DNA of 64,000 nt from Marsupella aquatica (Eukaryota; Plantae; Marchantiophyta): NCBI GenBank assembly GCA_973895155.1, contig OZ316893.1:20588857-20652856 (forward strand), read 5' to 3'. The notes beneath the pieces are model-generated. The model saw only the letters and a program-made list of their open reading frames with translations. It had not been told where the DNA came from and searched no databases. Position numbers and translations under genes: made by a program. This document shows, piece by piece, positions 50,701 to 61,400 of the stretch (position 1 is its first letter; each line of letters starts with the position of its first letter).

Positions 50701-51518
50701 AAGGTATTGAGATGTGGTCGTGGACGGATGATAATAGTCCAAAACTTCCCGTAGGAGAACCAAAAAGATTACCAATGATAGAAATGGCCATGGTAGAGGA
50801 GGTGCGACAAGGACTACATAAGCAAGTGAAATTTTTTAATTTTGTCTGCAATCGAACTACTTCAGAAGAAGGAAAGGGTAGATGGGTGGCACTGATACAA
50901 TACTGGAATCAAATTATCCATACTTTGGAGACAGAGGCGGTGCAATATAGATCTGGAGAGGAACACTTGGTTCATGGATTTTGGCCCATGTCAAAATGGA
51001 GAGATAGTGTTCCTTTGCAATACCGCAATGTGGCATGTGAGTTGGATGCAAAGATTGGGTATGTGGGACCAAGGAAAGACAAACCTCGTGAAACTTTTAA
51101 CCCAAGGGTAGATATCATGAAAGATAATTATATCTTGGTTCGGCCAGACACAGCTGACCTAGATATTTACCCAATTTATTTGGGCAAAGTGATTAGTAAT
51201 GTGGAAGAAGGAGAGTTGAATGCCAACAATCAACTTGAACATGTGTGTATTGTGGAGTGGTATAGACCTTACATGCTAAGAAAACGTGGTCAGCCAGAAT
51301 ATGAGCCACGACAGCGGTGGTTAGATTGTTGGAATCAACAATGGGAACGTGATCCAGGGTATTCCACTGAGACAATAAGTGTGAACACTGTACTATGGTG
51401 TTTCAAGGGACGGACCACAGCCAAAAGTGGCTTAGTTAGAATAGCAAAAAGTCATGCAATGAAAGCAAGAGACAATTTGAATAGATGCTTAGAGGATGAG
51501 GCAGCATCAACTTCATGA
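47742..51518 (+). CDS. Intact DDD transposase, Sola1/2-like (DUF7869-type core), ~1075 aa, with two N-terminal En/Spm-Tnp1-like domains; 2 coding exons
   Basis: join(47742..49671,50221..51518) via a phase-1 GT-AG intron restores ISNL-A-KSNSLDAST. Catalytic-type motifs are IIHDKMD, LQLDNCAGDNKN and LMVGHTHEDVDAMF. Zn-like motifs are KCCLRRCC, ICLEAW and KCTTC..HHRDH. The N-terminus has VAKGII.SVDP..CHNVPLG..V.V...LADMIG..LVW. Confidence 0.85.
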
Positions 51519-52899
51519 TACTTAGACAGTGTAGTTTTATTAGTAGAAGGATAAGTAATTGTAAATCATCATCATCACCTTGTTATTTGGTTGATTTGAC
51601 ATATTAAAAAGGGGAGAGCAATTCTTCAATAAAATTCTTCTCTTCAACAATCACAAGAAAGCAACCTAGCATTGAATGATTTCCATATGTGGATGGTTAT
51701 TCATGACTGGATCATGGATTATGCATTTCACTCTTACTAGTAAATTTATGCACATTAATGTGATTGTACACCTTGTACCACTTTATTCATTATTGGACCA
51801 TGGATTGTGCATCTTTCATTCTAAATTGTGCATATTACAATAATTCTAATTATGACAGTGTGTACCAATATATATGGTTTTTTGGTACATGCAAGTGTTA
51901 ACTTAGTAATAATGAATTTATTTTGCTTAAATATGATTTAATTGTAATTTCAATCAATCCAAAATTTCACTAATTGTCCAGTTTTATCTAAATAGGGGTT
52001 TGAGAGTATATGTGAAGAATGAGGGAGGGAGAGGGGGGTATAGGTGTGTGAGCCTAAATAAGTGGATCTTATTCTAATTAAACTAACCAAGGGTCAACTA
52101 ACTATAGTAAGGCCAAACTAACTAAATCCGGGAACTTGAGTCAATTCCTAACAGTACTCACTCAGTCCAAATTTGTTTTTCCGTGTAGGGGCCATTGCGC
52201 CCGCCATTGTGTCTTTTTCTGAAAAAACAGGCAGACAAGTAGTTTCCACTACACGCTTAGAGTTCAACATTTTAATTGGTGACCAATGCTTTGAAACGGT
52301 TCATTGTTTTACTAAAGCGTTGTCTCAATTCAAAGTTGTTTAAAAGTCCCGTTGCAACACTGTTTGTTTGGTGACAACTTCTCTTTTGTTTTCCGTTTGA
52401 ATTGTTGTGCACGGGCAGATGGGCACCGAAAGCACGCTGATCATCAGGTACATTAAGAATCTGGCCTAGCTAGACTTCGGAGCAATAATGGAAATTATTT
52501 TGAAGAAGAGTGAAATAACATGAGCTGATTGAATAACGAAACAAGCAGAATTTAAGATGCACAAAATCTTGGAATAGTCGACAGTTATGAATCTAAACTT
52601 ATTCAAAACATGCTGTGTGCAACTAAATATAATAAACTCATCAAAAACCCAATATTTGGCCATGAGATAATTAATACAGCCGCCAGTGAAAGATAATACA
52701 TTCCCGAATACATTGTGCTAAGTCACATAAGACAACAAACAATAACAGCAAACAGTTCATGTTACTAGGAAAATACTTGTAATTTTTTCTGTAGACTATG
52801 TGTGCATTGAAAGTCATCTTTTTTTTGGTTGCAATTGTTTTTGTGTTTGCCCATCATTGAAGGGATCTACTGCTAAAGAAAAATAGACCCCATATCACA

Positions 52900-54450
52900 C
52901 CAACAAAAACCAATAAATATGTCGTCCGACCCGTCACAATTCAACAATTTTCGGTTTTGTATTCATTTTGGGAGAGGTGCCAAGCGACCTGCGCCCATGA
53001 TGGCATGTAAAGAGGATCAAAATTAATTGAAACTCCCTTCAAAACATTTTTGCTAAATCGCGTACATGTGTTTCATAGTTTCGTCCTCATAGATATAACC
53101 CAATGGCAATAAGCAAACCTTACAGTCAAACAAACTTCTCCACCTAAATTAAGAGAGCGAGTGACATCAAATGACGCTGCAAACATATCATCAATCACGG
53201 TAAAAACATCCCCCAAGGCTCGAGAACTGAATCATGATCAGTCAAAAAATGACAAGCACATCTCGGACCTGAAGTCATTGTATATACAATAATGCCAGGC
53301 GCTACTGAACTGTGCCATGGCGATACAAACTTACACATGCATATCCAAATAACTATTCCGCTGTTTATTCCTTTACTAGCACCAGACGCTAATTCTGTAC
53401 CCAAATGCCCAAAACTACACTCCAAAAAGAACCCTAGAAAGTGCCTCATTCTTTAGGTCACCAATCAAGATTCATCATTGACTCTAGCCTCCTCCCAATC
53501 CAGGTCTTGATAGAAACTATGATCAACTCGAATGTCCACATATCTAGTTGCAAAGGTCTTCGGTATATGAGTCTCTGAAACCCTCTTCAGGAGCGTTTGA
53601 GTCTTGAAAGTCAACAACTCCAAATATCTCCTGGAGACAATGATCAATTGGCTGCGCACGGGACATTAATAACAGCTGAAGGCTTTTGCATGAAAGACCT
53701 CTCCGCAGAAGGTCGGGTTGGAGAATCCTATTGCCATGGCATATTCCTTTCACCCGGAGTGGAGGAATAGGCCAATTCCTAAAGTCCGTAGTCTGAGCTG
53801 CACAAAATGTATGTGAAATCATTTTGTACAACGTAAAGTGTGTCAAATTGGACACCACTCAGGTCTCAACAGGAACAATCCCTGCATTTGTAAGAGTAGC
53901 AATACATTCCCAGCTGCTGCCCTCCAACCAGATGTGACCTGGGCACCCCTTTATCCGTCCAAAAACAAATGCTTGAAAACAGCACAATCCAAGAAGCAAA
54001 GTGCTTGAAAACACGGATCACTGTCTGAGGAGCCAACAAAAGATAGAGGTTTGCTACTTCTTGCAAGGAAAACAGTGTCAATGGAATGCACTAGCAATGG
54101 CTTTATAGCAGAAATAGTTGGACTCTTGAAACAAAAATGATCATTGCAGCGTTCAAACAAATGTCGCAATCTAAAGACCGTTTGTCATATATATCCGACA
54201 AAATATAAACGGATACTATTGAAACCACATGCCATTAAGCAACAAACTAAGCAGACGCATTTTGTTTATCTTTGGCGAGCGCCAGGTGCTAGCGAGGCCG
54301 TCACATGAAAAATGCACTTGCTGGTCTGCTTGGATTATGTTGAAGTCTTGTTCCATTAGTCTGTTGGTACAAGTTGAGCACTCTGTATTGCTCACCGTGA
54401 TGTCAATTAATAGCTCAATCAAGCTTCATTGGACCATCTTCACAGTCACT
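52900..54450 (-). pseudogene. Heavily degraded coding remnant, possibly from a Cys-rich (CxC/KDZ-like) transposase
   Basis: Fragmentary minus-strand ORFs contain Cys-rich pieces and SGIVIWIC..APGIIVY, with many stops and frameshifts. The family assignment is weak. Confidence 0.25.
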
Positions 54451-55444
54451 TGATAATGGCTATCACTGGAAATAACACATGTATGCATAATTATAATTAA
54501 TCAGTTTCTGCAAGCACAATGGCTCTATATATCACTGAGCTTTTGAAATGATCAACCTCTGTCTGGAGTTGATGATTGAGTATATTATGGTGGTGGTGAC
54601 ATAAATGCTCAACAACTCTTTTTGTTCAAGTTGAGATTGGTGCTTCTTTTCTATTCTAAATGTCAATTGAACTGTCTGTTAAACTGTAGATTAAACCTGC
54701 ATAATTGTTGTTCTAGCTAATATCGCTTGGGTATTGTCATTCATTTACAAGAAATTGCAATCTAGAAGCTGCAGTACCTTTTTGATGATGAAGCATTACA
54801 TGTTTGAGCGTCGAGCTTGCTGCTTGTGGTACTCATAGTGACGGCCTTTAGTTGGGGAATCACTCATTGTATTATTAAAATAAATGCGAGCAAATGAAGG
54901 TGATTTTTTAGTTATCAAGCCAACTAATTATAACCAAAAACTTATTAATAGTAAGGGCATTCAAAATTTTAATTTTGGTAATAATATTATTTTGGATAAT
55001 AGCAAGGTATTTAAAAACTTATCAAAACTAAGTATAGAGATTATTTAATTGAATTGATTTCTTCAAATTTTATTACGTTGTCCTCGTACATTTTAGGTGT
55101 TTTACACTTCAAGTGATTCCATACTCATTTTAATGATTTTATACTAAGTGATTCACTAGGGAGTTAATCCTCCACTTTGCATCGTGACAGAGGGACTTGA
55201 CACTTGAGGCAAAAACAGTGTCAATGACAGCAGTTTCCCATCCCACGAACAATTCAGAGCCGGTATAAGTAAGAGGATCGCTGTGCTTTCGTGATACCCC
55301 GTCTCCAGTCTTCAGTGGAGAAGTTCGTGGATTGTCTCCCAACTCTTGCGCATGTGATCGTCTCAGATGGCCAAGGGCACATACTGATGACAGCTTACAT
55401 AACCACCGAGGTCAGCTGAAGTTTTCGTCGTGGCCTCGACATTC

Positions 55445-58400
55445 ATCGACATATTTGATTACATATGGATACGTTTAAGCCCTCAACTTTTCAGTGGAAT
55501 TGGTTTTGCAGGCATATTTTCTTCAGAGCTGCAAATGGAAGGATGATCCTAGGAAGCGAACAGATTTGCCCCGTCACATTGATAACATGGAGCAATCAAA
55601 GGTAGACCGACTACTTGCTTCTCATTGGTAGTGACAGGACAACGTGCTAGCTAGGTAGCTAGGGACTGCATCGAGCTGAGGCAGTTCTGGTGCATTCCTG
55701 ACATACTTGGCTGATGGTTTCCAATCGCTGATAAGAATATCTACCTTTATTTCGCACTATTAATGTAGGTGGTGAAGCACGCAGTCATCGATCGTCGACA
55801 ACGGTGGGATCGGAGCAGGTACCTGCTGATCTTCTTGGAAGTCTTTGTGAGACTTCTTACGTGTATCACCTGACAGTTAAGGATGGAGCTATTGATGTCC
55901 GAGTGAGAGAAATCTGGAATAATTCATTAATTACACAAAAGTGCTGGAAGTGCTATGGCTTGTTGTCTAGCTTGGATACAAATCTACACAGATTAGTGCA
56001 GGTAATGTGGAGGGGGTTGGTTTACATTGATGCCTATTACTCCCGATAGGTATGGGCTAGGTAACTACATGCAACACCGTTAATTATGGGTGCGTGTGTA
56101 GATCATAGTCTAAGACGTGTAAAATAAGGCTGCTGCTGTTAGTCCCCACGAGCTTAATCAGGAGAATTTGCATTGGATCGTACTATACTGAGGTAGGACA
56201 TGTAAGTCTAAGTCATTAGTATCTCCAGTTTTCTCCACTTTGTATCTTGTGTAGTTGACTTGAATGGATGAATGATTCGATATAATGTGGTCATTTGATA
56301 TCTTCTTTTACAATGTAATTTGCTACGCTCATGAATTTACCTGCCCGATGAAAGCTGAACTAACTGGTACTTGAAGAACGGCCTTTTCAATCTTGCAGTA
56401 GTAAGAGCCCAGTTGTTAAAGCTCGATCATGCGACAGAAGCTCGATGCAGAGAACTTCTCACCTGTCTGCACCGGATCTTTGATATACCTCTGCATCGAT
56501 CTCTAGAGAGGTGTTTCCCGGACGTGTTCATGAAATTCGAAGTAGTGCGACGGCTTCATTTCATTCGCGATGAAACTATGTAGCTTTTCATGGTAGCCTC
56601 TTCGCATTTGCGAGTCTGCCACTTCAATTCCAACCTTGTTGCGATTGTACATACTATTACCAAAGGCTCTGAGTGTCGTGTTTCAAATGACAATGTGCAA
56701 ACTGTAAACCTGCCATCGGGACTGCCATATATTGCATTTCTACGATCCATGTTAGGCTGTCAGTCATTGACAGAAATTAAATCGCAATCTAGAAGCTGCG
56801 ATATCTTTTCGAGGACGAGCACGACATGTTTGGTTTGCAGGGAGCATTGATCGAGCTTGCTGCTTGTGATCGAGATCGGCGGTCCTCCACTTTGCTGGCA
56901 GTAAACTCAACACGGACTTGGCACTTGAGGCAAAGAGGTCAGTTAAGATCAATGTGACTGACAGTAGTTTCCCATACCCCTAACAGATCAAAGCCGGTGT
57001 TTGGAAGCGGATCGGTGTACTTTCGTCACATCCCGGCCGTCTCCAGTCTTGGAGAAGGTCGTGGATCCTCTCCGAGTTCTTCCGTATGTGAGCCTCTCAG
57101 ATGGCAAACTGCACATATATTAATGTTAGCGTATGTTACCACTCATGTTCACTGATTATTCCGCCGTGACCTCGACATTTTCTCCCTACAATTCCGTCCC
57201 GATATTTTGAATATCTGGCATACCGTCGATTAGTCCTCCGTGCCTACTGCTTTATTGCACATTTAGTTTTGGTTGTATCATGATTTATAGTACAGCTGAC
57301 TCAACTCCTTCGCTGTTTAGCCTAGATGAGTGCTTTTCAGTCCGGCCGGTTGTTGAATCTGGCTAACTTATGCATAGATAGATTTTTGGTATAGAAAATC
57401 AAAATTCGTTTGCTGAAGATAATGGCTATTATAAGGATCCAAACTAGACCTGTGATCACGTTTAAATATACGTAGTTAACCAGTTCTTTGTGTCCCACAC
57501 TTATCAGGCCTTGCTATACATTGGTAATGTTATTTTTCTTCTCGGATCTGATAATCTGGGATACCCCGGACTCTCGTGCGAGTGATACACATCTTCGCGC
57601 TGATCAGTACGCACAAACCTAGAAATATGTGTCGATGCATATTTAGTCATTGACTCTTCGATCTGATCACTACAGCACCAACCTAGAGACATTTCGTAAC
57701 ATTGAAGTAGCCATAGAGTCATCGGGTACCGTTTGTTCCTATCTATAAATGCCACCTTGCCCAAGCTACCTCAAGCTTAGCTTATCAGATACTTTTATGC
57801 TAATCCTTGTGTTCTAATCATGCTCAAGAGATTTTCGGAGCAGCTCGATCTAGACGTTCCATCGATCGAGATATAAGATGACAAAATCAAATTGAAGATG
57901 ATGAGCACATTCTTCTGGAGATAGCACTCTGAAAACAGCAAATCCAGTAAGCGGTCCTTCCGATTGTGCCCCAGCCAATACGATGGCCATCCATAAGCGA
58001 GTGATACAGGTCTTTGATATGTAGTTCAAGCTTGCATTGAGCTGAGCAATTCAGCACGAACCTAGAAGTTTCTACACAATGCATGTCATTAGTTCATGCT
58101 TCGAGCTGATCAATACAGCATGACCCTAGATTTTTCTATACAATGAATTAGCCATAGACACATCGGGTACCGATTGCACGGTCTATCTATACTTCACCAC
58201 CTTACCTCAAGGTACGTCCTATCACATTCTTGTAAGTAAATATCTAATGTCCTGATCATGGCTTGCTGTTTCATATATCAGATTTGCGGGAGTACACGTT
58301 CCATCGAGATATAATAAGATGGAAACATGAAGTCGAAGATGGTGAACATATTCTTCCTGTAGATAGCACGTACTTTGAGAAAAGCAAATCCAATATATAA

Positions 58401-61400
58401 GCGGAGGAGTTCCGATTGGCCCCACCTTTGTGGCATGGAGATGGGAAGCCAATACGATGGCCACCCGAGACCTCGTTTACCAGATCGACAAGGAGACAAA
58501 GGGCCAACATATGTGACGTCTATTTCAACACTACGCTGCCGGCTTTGATGTGGTGCCATGATCGATCACGCAATTGGAGTCGGTAGGGTGTATGTGGCTG
58601 CAGGACTTGCGGTACCTGTATCTTGCCGGAGAGGAAGCCCGTGAGGTCGCCAAACGGGCAGCGAGAAGTCATATTGTTTCTCCAAAATTAAAACGAGAAG
58701 TTTTTCTGACGATCAATGACCGGACCGTGGGCGACTACGGCATGTCTCATCCCCGTTGATGCCCCGGATTCTTTGGTGGCACCATTGTGAACGGGAAGAT
58801 ACGGCCATATCTAGACGTTCTTCCGTGCTGGTATCGGCTGAGAATTCTAAATGCGGCCAGCGACCGCTACCAGCTTCCACCTCTCGCTGGACAAGGAGAA
58901 CATAACATGCATCCAAATTCTGTAATTAACAACGTCTAGCAAGCTATATATGGCCATATCTTCCCGTTCATTAAAATATATGGTGTCAACTCAGTATTCC
59001 ACGGGAACGTTGCGGGAAGCTAGGCAAGGCGCTTTCTCCGCGGCCGGGTAACTGATGGATCCTTCGTCAGAAAACGTCTTGTCTTGGAGAAATTGTATGA
59101 TTTCACGTTCTTGTTTGGCAACCCACGGGGTCCTCTCCGGCACTTCTACGGAAGATATGAGGTCCCGTACGTCCCGCAGCAACATACACGTGAGTGACTC
59201 CAATTGTGTGATCGATCATGCTACGATGTAAAGCTGGCGCGCAGCGTTTGGATAGATGTAATCCTTCGTTACATACGCTGGCCCTGTGTCCTTTTCTGGC
59301 AAACCAGCCTTTGGGACCGGATGGCCATCGTATTGGCTTCCGTCTCCATTTCATGAAGGTGGGGCACAATCCGAACCCCTCCGCTTAATTGTATTGGATT
59401 TGCTTTTCTGAGAGTCCTATCTACAAGGAGAATGTGTTCTCCCGCTTCGACTTTATTTTTCCATCTTCCGTACGTGGTTGGTTTGAGGTGTACGTCTGGG
59501 CTATCAGGATGGATAATGAGTCCTCCCCGGGCGTGTCTCTGATTGAAATTCAGGATCTCGACAGGAGAACTTAATGGATGATGTTGTAATTAAGCAGCTG
59601 TAGTACGTGAAATGGGAGTTAGGGAAGTTATGCGAGTTTGTCACGATTGACCTATGTAGTTCGGACTTCGATGAAAACTAGATATGTTCTTTTCTTTCGA
59701 GGTGTCATTTCTCTCAGCATTGGACAAGGTGCTGAAGGAACATGGCGTTGCGGAAGTAGTTGAAGCCGTGAGTTCCATGTATTCCTCCTGTCGTTCCAGA
59801 TCTGTCAATACATTAATTTGGGCATCAATCTCTTTGAAAGCCACCGCGAGTGTGGTAATCCCTGATCGACATATTTGATCGATTACATATGGATACGTTT
59901 AAGCCCTAAACTTTTCAGTACGGTGGAATTGGTTTTGCAGGCATATTTTCTTCAGAACGGAATTGAATCTCTGAAATGGAAGGATGATCCTAGGAAGCGA
60001 ACGGATTTGCCCCGTCACATTGATAACATGGAGCAACTAAATTAAGGTAGATCGACTACTTGAATTGCTTCTCATTCGTAGTGACAGGACAACGTGCTAG
60101 CTAGGTAGCTAGGGACTGCATCGAGCTGAAGCAATTCTGGTGCATTCCGGACATACTTGGCTGATGGTTTCCAATCGATCGCTGATAAGAATATCTACCT
60201 TTATGTCGCACTATTAATGTAGGTGGCGGAGCACACGGTCATCGATCGTCGACAACGGTGGGAGCAGGTACCTGCTTATCTGCTTGGAAGTCTTTGTGAG
60301 ACTTCTTACGTGTATCACCTGACAGTTGATGTCCGAGTGAGAGAAATCTGGAATCATTCCTTAATTACACAAAAGTGCTGGAAGTGCTATGGCTTGGTGT
60401 CTAGCTTGGATACAAATATATCTACACAGATTAGTGCAGGTAATGTGGAGGCGGTTGATTTACATTGATGCCTATTGCGCCCGACAGGTATGGGCTAGCT
60501 AATTACATGCAACATCGTTAATTATGAGTGCGCGTGTAGATCATAGTCTAAGAAGTGTAAATAATTAAGCTGCTGTTAGTCCCCACGAGCTTAATCAGGA
60601 GCATTTGCATTGGATTGTACTATACTGAGGTAGGATATGTAAGTCCCAAGACATTAGTATCTCCAGTTTTCTCCACTTTGTATCTTGTGTAGTTGACTTG
60701 AATGGATGAATGATTCGGTATGATGTGGTCATTTGATATCTTCTTTTACAATGTAAATAACTATGCACATGAATTTACCTGCCCGATGAGCGCATGAATT
60801 TACCTAGCCTGCCCCATGAAAGCTAAACTAACTGGTACTGAAGAACGGCCTTTCAATCTTGCAGTAGAGCCCAGTTGTTAGAGCTCATGCGACACAAGCT
60901 CGATGCAGACAACTCGTCACCTGTCTGCACCGGATCGTTGATATATATACCTCTGCATCAGTCTCTAGAGAGGTGTTTCCCCGACGTGTTCATGAAATTC
61001 CAAGTAGTGGGACGGCTTCATTTCATTCGCAGTGAAAACTTTGTAGCTTTTCATGGTAGCCTGTTCGCATTTGCGAGTCTGTTCCGTCCAACCTTGTTTC
61101 GTTTGTACATACTATTACCAAAGGCTTTGAGTGTTTCAATTGACAATGTCAATTGAATTGTTCAACTGTACGCGCGTAAAACTGCCATCGGGACTGCCAT
61201 AAATTGCATTTCTAAGATCGCTTTTAAACTGTCAGTCATTTACAGAAATTAAATCGCAATCTAGCAGCTGCGATATCTTTTCGAGGACGAGCACGACATG
61301 TTTGGGTTGCAGGGAGCATTGATCGAGCTTGCTGCTTGTGATCGAGATCGACGGTCCTCCACTTTGCTGGCAGTAAACTAACAGGGACTTCGCACTTGAG

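Larger units (their letters stand above)
25130..52185. mobile_element. Putative giant DNA transposon (Sola-like DDD transposase plus divergent cargo gene) with nested insertions; left boundary not found
   Basis: AT-rich block containing the transposase (47742-51518, +) and the cargo gene (32701-25661, -), linked by a shared intronic palindrome AACCATGGTT. A candidate right terminus is ...AATTTGTTTTTCCGTG|TA at 52185. No matching left TIR was seen. Confidence 0.55.

Noticed and set aside
47712-51518. Two separate genes, as listed in the ORF track (678 aa and 427 aa)
   Set aside because: A canonical phase-1 intron (49672-50220) joins them in frame, and the catalytic triad is split across the two exons.
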